Assembly (NCBI GenBank): GCA_910579395.1
Contig: CAJTUC010000019.1
Span: 3,535-67,534 of the forward strand
Origin: an uncultured Lachnospiraceae bacterium
Lineage (GTDB): Bacteria; Bacillota; Clostridia; Lachnospirales; Lachnospiraceae
Reading direction: 5' to 3'
DNA length: 64,000 bases
Shown here: positions 1 through 9,514 of the stretch, piece after piece
Layout of the letters: the number at the start of each line of letters is the position of its first letter
How positions within the stretch are numbered: position 1 is the first letter of the stretch
Notes under the pieces: generated by a model
What the model saw: only the letters and a program-made list of their open reading frames with translations
The model's database searches: none
Told to the model about the DNA's origin: nothing
Made by a program: the position numbers and the translations under genes

Positions 1-272
1 CGATGTCGAAACCGACACTGATCACGATTGCAATCCTGAAAGTAATCGAATGCTGGAATTCCTACGTATGGCCCCGGCTGATTACCGATGATGAACGGTA
101 TTTTCTTGTTTCCAATGGCATTCAGGAAATTCGGGAAAACGGCTTTGGCCGGGAAAATATTCCGGCAATGATGGCGGCTGTCGTCGTCATCTCGGTTCCT
201 TTAATCGTACTGTTCCTGGTCTTTCGCAATAAGATCATGGCCGGTGTGTCGAGGAGCGGGTTAAAAGGCTAG
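1..272 (+). CDS. carbohydrate ABC transporter permease, C-terminal fragment (5' end lies outside the window)
   Basis: The frame is open from the window edge. The last TM segment (AMMAAVVVISVPLIVLFLVF) and tail are typical of MalG-type sugar permeases. A solute-binding protein gene follows immediately. Confidence 0.7.
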   Translation, partial: MSKPTLITIAILKVIECWNSYVWPRLITDDERYFLVSNGIQEIRENGFGRENIPAMMAAVVVISVPLIVLFLVFRNKIMAGVSRSGLKG

Positions 273-310
273 GGTGACAAATTGGAGATTAATCGTGGAG
301 GATTATGATT

Positions 311-1933
311 ATGAAAATACACAAACGTCTTTTATCTGCCTTGTCTGTAACAGCATTGACCGTCGGCTGCTGTGCGGTGCTCACCGGCTGTCACGGCAAA
401 GAAGGCCTGGCAGCTTTTGAAATTCCGGAAGAATTTGATACTTCCAGAGGTTACGAGATTACCTTCTGGGCAAAGAATGATACCAACAAAACACAGACTG
501 CTATTTATGAGCAGGCAATCGCGGATTTTGAAGCGCTGTATCCGAACATCACCGTCAATCTGCGCCTATATACGGATTACGGCAAAATTTATAACGATGT
601 GATCACCAATATTGCAACCGATACGACGCCGAATGTCTGTATCACTTATCCCGATCACATTGCCACTTATCTGACCGGCTCAAATCTCGTGGTTCCTCTC
701 GAAGACCTTTTTACCAATGAAAAATACGGTCTGGGCGGACGCGAAATCCGGTTCGATTCTCCGCAAACGGAAGAGATCATTCCACAGTTTCTGGACGAAT
801 GCTCCTTTGGCGGCCACTATTACGCAATCCCTTACATGCGTTCCACCGAAGCCTGTTATATCAACAAAACATATGTAGAAGCGCTCGGCTACACGCTGCC
901 GGATGTGCTCACATGGGATTTTGTCTGGGAAGTCTCCGAGGCGGCAATGGCGCAGGATGCGGAAGGAAACTATCTGGTCAACGGCCAGAAAGTCCTGATT
1001 CCTTTTCTTTACAAATCGACCGACAATATGATGATTCAAATGCTGAAGCAGCAGGATGCCGGCTACTCCACCGATGCCGGCGAATTACTGCTCTTTAATG
1101 ATACGACGGAAGGATTTCTCCGCACGATTGCGGAGCATGCCGAAAGCGGCGCTTTCTCCACCTTCAAGATTTCTAGCTATCCCGCCAATTTTCTGAACGC
1201 GGGACAGTGCATCTTCGCAGTGGATTCCACGGCCGGCGCAACCTGGATGGGAACCAACGCGCCGCTCTGCGATATCAGCCCTGATAAGGTCGTGGACTTT
1301 GAAACGACGGTAATGGCCATTCCGCAGTTCGACCCGGAGCATCCGCAAATGATCTCACAGGGGCCGTCCGTCTGCATTTTCAATAAGGCCGACCCGCAGG
1401 AAGTTCTTGCGTCATGGCTGTTTGCCCAGTATTTATTGACCAACGATGTTCAGATTGCCTATTCTGAAACGGAGGGCTATGTGCCCGTCACTTCCAAGGC
1501 TCAGAGTTCTTCGGAATATCAGGACTATCTTTCCCGATGCGGCGAAGATAATTCCACTTATTACGATATCAAGATTCAGGCGGCCGGTCTGCTACTTGAC
1601 AATGTTGATAACACTTTTGTAACGCCGGTATTCAATGGCTCCACTTCCCTTCGTGATGCCGCCGGCCAGCTCATTGAGACGACGGTAAAATCCGTCAACC
1701 GCAGACAGACCGTCGATGACGCTTTTTTCGAAAAACTATACGACGATACGATTTCCCTGTATCGTCTGGACCAGTCCGATGGCCCGGGCACACTCTCCGC
1801 TTCCGGCAAAACCGAGCTTGGGAAACTGCCCGCCACATCCGTCATCCTGCTTTCTTCTCTTGCAGGAATATGGTGCCTGATTCTTCTGTATCTTGCATTC
1901 CAAGCGGTAAAAAGGAAAAGAATTCGGCAATAA
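311..1933 (+). CDS. ABC transporter extracellular solute-binding lipoprotein with a C-terminal LPXTG-like sorting signal
   Basis: GGAGG at 297-301 lies 9 nt before the ATG at 311; the ATG at 305 is only 3 nt away. Lipobox is VLTGC. The body is family-1 sugar SBP-like. The C-terminus reads LPATS, then 20 hydrophobic residues, then KRKRIRQ. Confidence 0.8.
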   Translation: MKIHKRLLSALSVTALTVGCCAVLTGCHGKEGLAAFEIPEEFDTSRGYEITFWAKNDTNKTQTAIYEQAIADFEALYPNITVNLRLYTDYGKIYNDVITNIATDTTPNVCITYPDHIATYLTGSNLVVPLEDLFTNEKYGLGGREIRFDSPQTEEIIPQFLDECSFGGHYYAIPYMRSTEACYINKTYVEALGYTLPDVLTWDFVWEVSEAAMAQDAEGNYLVNGQKVLIPFLYKSTDNMMIQMLKQQDAGYSTDAGELLLFNDTTEGFLRTIAEHAESGAFSTFKISSYPANFLNAGQCIFAVDSTAGATWMGTNAPLCDISPDKVVDFETTVMAIPQFDPEHPQMISQGPSVCIFNKADPQEVLASWLFAQYLLTNDVQIAYSETEGYVPVTSKAQSSSEYQDYLSRCGEDNSTYYDIKIQAAGLLLDNVDNTFVTPVFNGSTSLRDAAGQLIETTVKSVNRRQTVDDAFFEKLYDDTISLYRLDQSDGPGTLSASGKTELGKLPATSVILLSSLAGIWCLILLYLAFQAVKRKRIRQ

Positions 1934-1938
1934 TACTA

Positions 1939-1966
1939 TTGATTTATCCAGGATATCATGTATAAT
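1939..1966 (+). promoter_or_regulatory. sigma-A type promoter, TTGATT-16 nt-TATAAT
   Basis: The -35 TTGATT is at 1939-1944 and the -10 TATAAT at 1961-1966. It lies upstream of the roughly 130-nt leader of the lipoprotein gene at 2103. Confidence 0.6.
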
Positions 1967-2009
1967 AGTCTCGACGTTTATCAACAATACATTTTCTAAG
2001 AGGAGGAAA

Positions 2010-2036
2010 GGTTGAAGGAATTGCATTCTTTCAACC
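2010..2036 (+). repeat. 12-bp-stem hairpin GGTTGAAGGAAT-TGC-ATTCTTTCAACC in a 5' leader; twin of 32032-32058
   Basis: Inverted repeat read directly from the sequence, with one G.T pair. It differs at one position from the reverse complement of 32032-32058, and the flanks are also similar. Confidence 0.8.
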
Positions 2037-2102
2037 GAGCTTGTTCGGTTTTAGCGACAGTTTGTACCTTACGGTCCAAGCATCGCAGAAAGGAATGGAG
2101 AA

Positions 2103-2876
2103 ATGAAAAAATTATTATCGTTACTTATGGCTTTGACACTTGTATCTGCCTGTGTTGGCTGTGGCGCATCAGAAGGAAATGCTTCCAGTACGGATGCTTC
2201 GGCATCTTCCGAAGCAGAGGACACCAAATCAGAAGGTGTTATGACTTATGATGAATATGTCGCTGCCGCACTCGATTCAGAAGTTGTTATCGAGGCTTAT
2301 GTCCAGGCAAAACAGTCCTGGTGGGAAGATCAGGCTACCGTTTATGCACAGGATAAGGACGGCGCATATTTCCTGTATAACATGGCATGTTCAGAGGAAG
2401 ATTACGCGAAACTGACCACCGGTACGAAGATTAAAGTGACCGGCTTCAAAGCAGAATGGTCGGGAGAAGTTGAGATCATCGACGCAACCTTTGAAATCGA
2501 AGACGGAAATTACGTTGCAGCAGCAGAAGACGTTACATCCCTTCTCGGCAGCGATGACCTGATCAATCATCAGAATAAATTCGTTACTTTTAAAGGCATG
2601 ACCGTAGAAGCGGCCGGACAGGACGACGCCGGAAACGATGTTGCATTCCTGTATAACTGGGATGGTTCCGGTCAGGAAGGCGACGACCTGTACTTCAATG
2701 TTTCCCTGAATGGCGAGACATATACCTTCACCGTTGAATCTTATCTGTGCGACAGCTCAACCGATGTATATAAAGCCGTACAGGGCTTAAATATTGGTGA
2801 TACCGTTGATATGGAAGGATTCCTTTACTGGTATGAGGGCGTAAATCCCCACATCACTTCCGTAACCGTAAAATAA
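2103..2876 (+). CDS. lipoprotein of unknown function
   Basis: Signal peptide with lipobox LVSACVGC. A GGAG lies just upstream of the ATG. A terminator follows. Confidence 0.75.
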   Translation: MKKLLSLLMALTLVSACVGCGASEGNASSTDASASSEAEDTKSEGVMTYDEYVAAALDSEVVIEAYVQAKQSWWEDQATVYAQDKDGAYFLYNMACSEEDYAKLTTGTKIKVTGFKAEWSGEVEIIDATFEIEDGNYVAAAEDVTSLLGSDDLINHQNKFVTFKGMTVEAAGQDDAGNDVAFLYNWDGSGQEGDDLYFNVSLNGETYTFTVESYLCDSSTDVYKAVQGLNIGDTVDMEGFLYWYEGVNPHITSVTVK

Positions 2877-2886
2877 AAAATGATGT

Positions 2887-2924
2887 CCCCTGTATTCCAG
2901 TTCGGTATACAGGGGATTTCTTTT
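2887..2924 (+). terminator. rho-independent terminator
   Basis: Stem CCCCTGTAT/ATACAGGGG followed by ATTTCTTTT. Confidence 0.7.
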
Positions 2925-2929
2925 CAGCT

Positions 2930-3751
2930 TCAGGATGTGGGCTTCCGTAACGGGCAGTTCGACATGCTGATGCGGTTCCGCAGCACATTCAATCCGCAGT
3001 CATCCAGGTAATCCTGCAAAATCGGTATCGACTGCGAAGAGGTCGGCCCGATGATGATCTCACCGACCAGGTCGGATAAGTGCATTCCCAGCTTGCCGCA
3101 CATTCTGTTAAGATCAAGCGGATAATATTTCTTAATCCTGTCCTGTGACACATGATATTTGGATTCCACCACAAATTCATTCAAAATAAAAGGTGAAATG
3201 ACCAGCCTGCACTCCTTTTCACTGGCAAAGGAAGGATGTTTAAAAGCCGCCGACTGTATCCAGGCGTCTTTCATCAGCTCTTCCAACTCCGGAACTACTT
3301 CCAAAAAAGCCGGCGCTCCTTTGACCAATTGATAAAACTCATCAACAAGACGATGCTCCCGCATGTCTTCCTGATAATATACTGTCTGTAAGGACACCGC
3401 CCCGCCAATCATCTTCAGCATGGGGGATTTATGAAAGGCAATACAAACACCCTGTCCCAAATGACCATAACGCTCCCATTGAGAAGCGTCGTCCCGGTAT
3501 TTGGAAAAACACGCCGCATAGGCCGAATAATGAAATTCTTCTTCCATTTCTTTATGAAAGAATTCTTCCATCTTACTGCCTTTTTCTGCCTCGCCGTCCG
3601 CATTCAGTTTATCCACGACCGCCTTGCCGATTCCGTTCATGAACAATCTCATTTCAGAAACATCGTTCATATTCAGCACATTGTTCAATCGAAGTTCTGC
3701 GCATCGGATAATACCGTCAAAAGCGTTAAAATCAGTATAATGATACAGCAT
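2930..3751 (-). CDS. DUF2971-like protein (family recalled from the N-terminal LYHYT motif)
   Basis: Start moved to the ATG at 3751, with GGAGG 7 nt upstream. N-terminus is MLYHYTDFNAFDGII. The 5' end overlaps the upstream gene by 20 nt. Confidence 0.6.
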   Translation of the reverse strand: MLYHYTDFNAFDGIIRCAELRLNNVLNMNDVSEMRLFMNGIGKAVVDKLNADGEAEKGSKMEEFFHKEMEEEFHYSAYAACFSKYRDDASQWERYGHLGQGVCIAFHKSPMLKMIGGAVSLQTVYYQEDMREHRLVDEFYQLVKGAPAFLEVVPELEELMKDAWIQSAAFKHPSFASEKECRLVISPFILNEFVVESKYHVSQDRIKKYYPLDLNRMCGKLGMHLSDLVGEIIIGPTSSQSIPILQDYLDDCGLNVLRNRISMSNCPLRKPTS

Positions 3752-5732
3752 ATTCTGCCTCCATTTTTGCAAAAGGACCGGGAACCGTCGCCACGCCGCG
3801 GTGCTCTCCCAGATAATCGCTGTCAAAAAGAATGGAAGAACCGTCCGGATTCTCATACCGCTCTTCCGGCTCAAAAGCATATCCCAAAATATCGCTGTTG
3901 ATAATGCCGGTCTTAAATCCGTTCAGCAGTTCATATACATTGGTTTTCAAAATATATTTTCCGTCCTTCTCCACCAGCTCCACAACGGCCTTATCTTTAT
4001 CATTGACCAAATTGCTCTTTTCATTCTTCCATGCTTTCGCGCCGTTAAAATAAGCATTGCCGTTCACCCACACCGGAAGATGGGAAAAATGGTATTTTTC
4101 AAGTTTCCCCATATCTGCGGCTGTATCCATATCGAACCAGTCAATCCATTCCTCATAGGTCGGATAGTCTTCAAATACTTCCGTTCCGACTTCCTGATTA
4201 TCCCTCGTTCGGGAACTCTTATCTTCCTCCGGAGTCCGTACAGGCCAGTTCTGTATGAAAATATTATTATATACGCGGTCATCGCCGTGCAGAATGCTCA
4301 TAAAGCCCGCAACTTCCGTGCGGTGCGGTATATGATACGGTGTATAACGGGGCTGGTTGATGCCTTCTACCGTCATATCCGTACCGCCCCCTACTTTCGT
4401 AAAAGAGCCGAGCATCAGGTTATGAACGACTGCAACGCCCTGCGTCGCCAGACGGATTGCTGCCTTGGAAAGCATAATATTGTTATCGACAAGCGTCGGC
4501 CCATGCCCCACTTCGATGAAAATATCCTGACTCTCCATCCCGCCCGGCGCCATCGGCGTATCCTCCGGTCCATAATTATCGTGCAGCAGATTCTGTGTGA
4601 TTCGGGTTCCCTGTGCCTGCCAGTCACACCAGATTCCCATCGTGCTGTGGTGAATATGGTTGCGCCGGAAGATCACATCGATTGCGGCATGAAATTTAAT
4701 ACCGGAAATTTCCGCTCCGCCAAGCTGCTGCATATTATTGATATGATGAATATGATTGTCCTCAATGATGCTGAACACACAGCCCATACGGCCTACAATG
4801 CCCGCCTGCTCGCAATGGTGGATATGACACCGGCGTACGATATGGCTTCCTACTTTTTCTTTCAGCCATCCGTGATACTGGCCGCGGCAGACCGCATCCC
4901 GCTCCATCTGCGTCGGACTTTTCACATGCCTGCGCGTAAAATAGTGGTCATTCTCAGGGTCATAATATTTTCCGAGTGAAATACCCGCACACTTACTGTT
5001 ACTGATTTCACAATCCTCAATAATCCACCCTTTTGACCAGTGAGGGCCTACCATGCCGTCCTGATAAGCCGCCGGCGGTGCCCATGTAGTAGCCGCTTTA
5101 TTCACATTAAAGCCTGAAAACGTAATATAATTCACACCCGTTTTGGAAGGCATGAAACAGTTCCGCCGGACATTTATTTCCACATTCTCCCGATTGGGGT
5201 CTTTTCCCTGAAAATTCGCATAGATAACGGTTTCATTACCGTCCTGCTCCGTATACCATTTATAAATGGAATACTCCTTCTCCCAGGAATACGGCCATAC
5301 TTCCCCTTTTATACATTCGTCCATTGTTTCTGCTTCATATAACTGCCGGTCATTCAGATAGACCGCACCCGTATGTCTGACAACCGGCGCAAAATACCAG
5401 TCACCCTCTACAAAGGTCGTGTACGGGTTATAGCTGCCGAACACCCCGTTGTCGATACGGCACACCCAGACGTTATCCCGATATTTCTCCCATGTTTTGA
5501 TCTCCTCCGCTCCTGTGATCACCGCACCCAGCGGTTTTTCGCTGCGATAAACGATGCGCGCATCTTCCCTGCCGCTGTTCTTCGGATTTACATACTCCCG
5601 GTAAACACCCGGTGCCACAATGATTTCATCCCCGGCATCCGCCGCCTGTGCCGCAGCATTGATGTGCTTGAAAGGCATTTCCCTGCTGCCGTTTCCATCC
5701 CGAAAAGCTGCTGCATTTACATACCATATCAT
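3732..5732 (-). CDS. right-handed parallel beta-helix repeat protein, no signal peptide
   Basis: Start at the ATG at 5732 (MIWYVNAAAF), with AAGGAGGG 9 nt upstream. Contains repeated beta-helix-like segments (NHIHH.., CEISNSKCAGISLG). The longer ORF runs through the tRNA terminator and is rejected. Confidence 0.75.
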   Translation of the reverse strand: MIWYVNAAAFRDGNGSREMPFKHINAAAQAADAGDEIIVAPGVYREYVNPKNSGREDARIVYRSEKPLGAVITGAEEIKTWEKYRDNVWVCRIDNGVFGSYNPYTTFVEGDWYFAPVVRHTGAVYLNDRQLYEAETMDECIKGEVWPYSWEKEYSIYKWYTEQDGNETVIYANFQGKDPNRENVEINVRRNCFMPSKTGVNYITFSGFNVNKAATTWAPPAAYQDGMVGPHWSKGWIIEDCEISNSKCAGISLGKYYDPENDHYFTRRHVKSPTQMERDAVCRGQYHGWLKEKVGSHIVRRCHIHHCEQAGIVGRMGCVFSIIEDNHIHHINNMQQLGGAEISGIKFHAAIDVIFRRNHIHHSTMGIWCDWQAQGTRITQNLLHDNYGPEDTPMAPGGMESQDIFIEVGHGPTLVDNNIMLSKAAIRLATQGVAVVHNLMLGSFTKVGGGTDMTVEGINQPRYTPYHIPHRTEVAGFMSILHGDDRVYNNIFIQNWPVRTPEEDKSSRTRDNQEVGTEVFEDYPTYEEWIDWFDMDTAADMGKLEKYHFSHLPVWVNGNAYFNGAKAWKNEKSNLVNDKDKAVVELVEKDGKYILKTNVYELLNGFKTGIINSDILGYAFEPEERYENPDGSSILFDSDYLGEHRGVATVPGPFAKMEAEYAVSLY

Positions 5733-5869
5733 AAAACATGACCCTCCTTTTCTTTTTGTGAACGCTGCTGTAAAAAGTACTAATCGAGCAGGGGCGATAT
5801 TCTCCCGACTCGCCGTGCGGCCCGCATACTGCTTTCGCCGCAGATTTTCCTGTGTGGGCCTGCGCATAT

Positions 5870-5899
5870 AAAAAAAGATTCCCCAAGCATTGGGGAATC
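5870..5899 (-). terminator. rho-independent terminator after tRNA-Ser
   Basis: GATTCCCCAA-TGC-TTGGGGAATC followed by TTTTTTT on the minus strand. Confidence 0.85.
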
Positions 5900-5904
5900 C
5901 AGAA

Positions 5905-5990
5905 CGGAGACGGCGGGATTCGAACCCGCGTGCCCCGAAAGGCAAACTGATTTCGAGTCAGCCCCGTTATGACCTCTTCGATACGTCTCC
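5905..5990 (-). tRNA. tRNA-Ser (anticodon CGA), class II with long variable arm, CCA not encoded
   Basis: Acceptor GGAGACG/CGTCTCC. Anticodon arm GCTGA-CTCGAAA-TCAGT. T arm GCGGG-TTCGAAT-CCCGC. Variable arm TTGCCTTTCGGGGCAC. Discriminator G. Confidence 0.9.
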
Positions 5991-6001
5991 ACATGAAACA
6001 A

Positions 6002-6030
6002 ATTATAACGATTTCGCCTCGTCCCGTCAA
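6002..6030 (-). promoter_or_regulatory. promoter TTGACG-17 nt-TATAAT for tRNA-Ser
   Basis: Read on the minus strand. The -10 ends 11 nt before the tRNA 5' end. Confidence 0.75.
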
Positions 6031-6050
6031 CTCCCATTTTAAATAATTTC

Positions 6051-7379
6051 CTAATTCATTTTAAAGAAATTGATATCACGAACCAGTTCATCCGCACATT
6101 CTCTCAACTTTACAGCCGATTCGTTGATCACTACAATAGAAGAATCCAACTCCTCCGCCTCCGCGGTCGTTTCCTCCGTAATGGCCAGCGAATTCTGGGA
6201 AATCGCATTCAACTGCTCCGAAGCGCCCACCAGTCCGTTCTTGGTACCGTTCAGTTCCGTCATGCTGTCCGCAATCGCATCAATGTTCCTTACGGAATGT
6301 ACAATTTCATTATTAACCTTGGTAAAGACATTCTTGACCTCAGCTACCGTCTCATTCTGTTTCTGAATGCTTCCCTGAATCTCATCCATCGTTGCGACCG
6401 CATTTCCGGCATCGAGCAGCAATTCCTGCACTACCTTATCGATTGCCGCCGCAGAATGGTTCGATTGTTCCGCAAGCTTCTGAATCTGGTCCGCAACTAC
6501 CGCAAATCCTCTTCCCTGTTCACCGGCCCTCGCGGCTTCGATAGAAGCATTCAAAGCAAGCAGATTGGTCTCCTCTGCAATCGATGCGATCAACTCCGTA
6601 GCGGCCTGAATCTGCTGTGCCGATGTATTGGTCGTATTCGTCTGACGCGCAATAATTTCCATTCTCGTACTCACATCTTCGTCAACCTTCTCCAACTGCT
6701 CAACAGTGTTCATGCCGTTAGCGCCGCTCACTCTGATCATATCCATATCATCCCGCAGGCCGTTCAGTGTATCCGAAGACTGCTCTATCATTCTTCCAAT
6801 CTGCTCCACGTCCGCCGCCACATTTTCCGTCTGTTGAGACTGGTCTCCAAGCTCTTTCGTAATTTCCTGCATATTGGCCGCAACATGGTCAGCCGCCTGC
6901 GAAGTGGAATCCGCAATCCGTTCCATATTGACCACGGATTCATTTAACGTATCTGCAGCCCCGGAAAGCTGTGCAACAAGCCCCTTCAACTTACGATTCA
7001 GTATATCCGTACTCCGCGCAATGCTGCCAAGTTCATTTCTCCGCCAGAGATCTTTTTCGCTGACTTCCTGCGTCAGATCACCTTCCGATATTGCCGTCAG
7101 TGTATTCGCCAAACGCTTCAACGTGGCAATCATCCTGCCGACAAAGATTGCAACGACAATACAGGTGATAAGAATCGTTCCGCCTGTAAATATGTACACC
7201 TGATTCAAAATCTTATGAAAAAACGAGGAATCCACTTTCTTATTTAGAAATGTATAGATCACCGCAATGATTTCCCCGCCCAAAATAAAAATCGGAAGCA
7301 AAGACAGGATTAAGATATCAATCCTTAAACTCTTTGACCCGATTCTTCTTTCCTCTTTTTCTTTTTTCTGCTCATCCAT
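6051..7379 (-). CDS. methyl-accepting chemotaxis protein
   Basis: Two N-terminal TM segments and a HAMP-like region. Conserved signalling hairpin [31 protein letters not shown]. Confidence 0.9.
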   Translation of the reverse strand: MDEQKKEKEERRIGSKSLRIDILILSLLPIFILGGEIIAVIYTFLNKKVDSSFFHKILNQVYIFTGGTILITCIVVAIFVGRMIATLKRLANTLTAISEGDLTQEVSEKDLWRRNELGSIARSTDILNRKLKGLVAQLSGAADTLNESVVNMERIADSTSQAADHVAANMQEITKELGDQSQQTENVAADVEQIGRMIEQSSDTLNGLRDDMDMIRVSGANGMNTVEQLEKVDEDVSTRMEIIARQTNTTNTSAQQIQAATELIASIAEETNLLALNASIEAARAGEQGRGFAVVADQIQKLAEQSNHSAAAIDKVVQELLLDAGNAVATMDEIQGSIQKQNETVAEVKNVFTKVNNEIVHSVRNIDAIADSMTELNGTKNGLVGASEQLNAISQNSLAITEETTAEAEELDSSIVVINESAVKLRECADELVRDINFFKMN

Positions 7380-7521
7380 AGAACAAACCCTCCTTCACTA
7401 TATTTATTATATCATTCTTTCATTTTCTTGCAACAAAACTCTTCTTCCTATTCTCTAATAGGTATACGGATGATACGATATCTATAATCCAATACTTTGT
7501 AACAGAAACGGAGGACCGGAT

Positions 7522-8067
7522 ATGCTGACACTTGTCAAAAAGGCAATGCGCGGCGACAAAGAAGCTTTTATAGCGCTGATGGATAAACACAGCGACTCAC
7601 TGCTCCGCATCGCTCACGGCTATCTTTCACAGGAAGCCGACATTGCCGATGCCATACAGGATACCATCCTGGATGCCTACGAGCATCTTTCTTCCCTGAA
7701 GGAACCACGTTATTTCAAAACATGGCTGATTCGTATCCTGCTCAACAACTGCAATCACATTTATAACAAAAATAAGAACTATATTCCGTTGGAAGAAGTT
7801 TCCGAAAATCTCACCGATACTGCACAGGAAGTCGATACGCCACTTTTCAGGTTCCGTGAGCTGCTCTCCTATGTATCGGAAGAAAACAGAATCTGTTTCC
7901 AACTCTATTACGGCGAAGAATTGACGACGCGGGAAATCGCGGACATTCTGCACATCAATGAAAGTACGATTCGGAGCCGTATGCACCGGGAAAAACTGAA
8001 ACTGAAAACGCGGCTTCAAAATAGCGGCTATACGGCGTCCGCCGGAAAGGAGAGCGCTTCCTCATGA
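7522..8067 (+). CDS. ECF-type sigma-70 family RNA polymerase sigma factor
   Basis: Region 2 (DAIQDTILDAYEH.., YFKTWLIRILLN) and region 4 (LTTREIADILHINESTIRSRMHR). ATGA overlap with the downstream gene. Confidence 0.9.
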   Translation: MLTLVKKAMRGDKEAFIALMDKHSDSLLRIAHGYLSQEADIADAIQDTILDAYEHLSSLKEPRYFKTWLIRILLNNCNHIYNKNKNYIPLEEVSENLTDTAQEVDTPLFRFRELLSYVSEENRICFQLYYGEELTTREIADILHINESTIRSRMHREKLKLKTRLQNSGYTASAGKESASS

Positions 8068-9335
8068 AAAAAGAACACAGAGATTCCGATTTATACGAAA
8101 TCCTTCATTTTACGCCCGAAATTACGCCTGAAATTAAACACAGCATAAATACTGCTTACGCACAGATCAAAGAGGAGGGTTTTAAAATGCGTAAAAAAAC
8201 TAAAAAAGCACAAAATAAAAGAAAGTTCTTCTATATGGGTCTTGCGGCTGCCCTTCTTCTCGCATTTGGCTTCTGGGGATTCAGCAATCCCGTACTGGCC
8301 GGCAAAATCCCTTTTCTCGGAAGAATTTTCCGCATAGTGGAAAACGACATCGGCTATTCCGGCAATTACAGCGAAAATGCCATACCGCTTACCGCCCCCG
8401 ATTCAGAGACTATGAAAGATGATTCTTCTGATGAAAAAAACGGCTCCGGGGATACCGTTTCGGACAACGCTTATTCCCAGACCGTAAACGGTGTTACGAT
8501 CACTCTATCCGAAGCAAGCTATTCGAAACTCGCCTTATACTTTTCGGTGGAGATAGATTGTGAAGAAGGTTTCCCGGAAGATTTCAACTGGGTTAAAAAT
8601 ATGGAAGATTATATTCTCTCTTATGATTCCCTCTCTATGACGAGCACCCAGCAGTTTGATTTTTCGCAGGCTGATCCGACACTGTACAATACAGATATCC
8701 TTTCCTGTACAGAAGCGGAAGGGCTTCCGACGCCATATAGCATCGAAGGAAATTATGCCGATTCCCATACCTTCCTCGGCGTTATCCGGGTCGATTTGGA
8801 AACGATACGGCAAATCTTAGGTGTTGATACTCTTTCACCGCAATTTACTTATTCCTTCACCATCCAGAAATTCTGGCATGATTTGAATGAAACCAAAGAA
8901 GTTACCGCGACTTCGGAGGACGGCGAAACCATTACGCTGTTAGAGAACGTCAAAAAATATTATGACGGCCCATGGAGCTTCACAATTCCCGTATCGATGA
9001 ATCAGGCAGATACACAGACCAAAGAACTCATGCAGGCGAACGCCGACGGCATCGGTATCGCAAGCGTTACCAAAACACCTTATGAAATCAAGGCCGACAT
9101 TCTTCTGCCCGCGGGCGTCGAACCCTTTGATTATGTCGTCGCCATTACGGATGCGGATGGAAAGATTCTGGACTCCCAAGGGGGGATTTCGGAAATCTAT
9201 TCCGTCTATGGCAGAAATACCGATACGGTGCATATTTATGTGGTAGATTATAATACTTACATGGACGAGTGCAAGGCAGAAAATGCTTATCTCCTGCCCG
9301 AAAAGGCACTGTTCCAGACGACCGTTGAATGGTGA
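8064..9335 (+). CDS. putative anti-sigma factor, single-pass membrane protein (DUF4179-like)
   Basis: Translationally coupled to the sigma factor. Short cytoplasmic N-terminus, a basic stretch plus TM (FFYMGLAAALLLAFGFWGF), and a large extracytoplasmic domain. Confidence 0.7.
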   Translation: MKKEHRDSDLYEILHFTPEITPEIKHSINTAYAQIKEEGFKMRKKTKKAQNKRKFFYMGLAAALLLAFGFWGFSNPVLAGKIPFLGRIFRIVENDIGYSGNYSENAIPLTAPDSETMKDDSSDEKNGSGDTVSDNAYSQTVNGVTITLSEASYSKLALYFSVEIDCEEGFPEDFNWVKNMEDYILSYDSLSMTSTQQFDFSQADPTLYNTDILSCTEAEGLPTPYSIEGNYADSHTFLGVIRVDLETIRQILGVDTLSPQFTYSFTIQKFWHDLNETKEVTATSEDGETITLLENVKKYYDGPWSFTIPVSMNQADTQTKELMQANADGIGIASVTKTPYEIKADILLPAGVEPFDYVVAITDADGKILDSQGGISEIYSVYGRNTDTVHIYVVDYNTYMDECKAENAYLLPEKALFQTTVEW

Positions 9336-9378
9336 GTTCGTTCCGCCAGCGATCGCTCCGCGGAATCTCAAATCAGTC

Positions 9379-9494
9379 GGGAGAATGCTGCTTTTTAGGC
9401 ATTCTCCAACGTGAGAAAGATTTGCCTTCGGCATATCGTAGAACTTCTTAGCGAAACAGCCTTTGCTGTGAGCTCTAGAAGTTCTTCTCACGCT
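9379..9494. repeat. structured intergenic repeat, copy 1 (P0 hairpin plus P1-P4 domain)
   Basis: Near identical to 14138-14253. Nested inverted repeats read directly from the sequence. Confidence 0.9.
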
Positions 9495-9514
9495 ACTACA
9501 CCCATTTTTTCCTC

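Noticed and set aside
2012-2251. A 79-aa ORF (MKELHSFNR..) and its 24-aa counterpart at 32056-31982, considered as a conserved leader peptide
   Set aside because: Only the first 9 codons are shared, and these are exactly the palindromic hairpin. Downstream sequences and lengths differ completely, and the first ORF runs out of frame into the lipoprotein gene. Conservation is at the nucleotide and structure level, so it is kept only as a possible decoy start in the leader finding.
3801-4979. A 392-aa plus-strand ORF, and similar long antisense ORFs (for example 6297-6947, 36610-37206, 17809-18390, 24903-25535)
   Set aside because: All lie fully inside well-supported genes on the opposite strand. 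They have low-complexity or odd composition, no RBS and no recognisable motifs, so they are shadow ORFs.
5733-5945. The 71-codon N-terminal extension of the beta-helix ORF (start at 5945)
   Set aside because: The extension runs through the tRNA-Ser gene 3' part and its terminator and has no RBS. A strong AAGGAGGG-ATG start exists at 5732.
8940-9491. Minus-strand ORFs beginning MRRTS(R/G)AHSKGCFAKKFYD.. (8940-9491 and 14065-14250), which look like a conserved small protein
   Set aside because: The similarity is confined to the structured repeat. In copy 3 the same frame has no start codon (GTA instead of GTG), and its residues change exactly where stems covary. In copy 1 the ORF runs antisense into the anti-sigma gene. 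These are translations of a non-coding repeat.
9379-9494. The idea that the repeat is a self-cleaving ribozyme (hammerhead/twister) or a tRNA-like element, because of the GAAA and CTGTGAG strings
   Set aside because: The order and spacing of the hammerhead core (CUGANGA .. GAAA .. UH) are not met, and CTGTGAG is one base short of the core. No twister-type conserved loops or pseudoknot partners are visible. There is no T-loop or anticodon-like arm.
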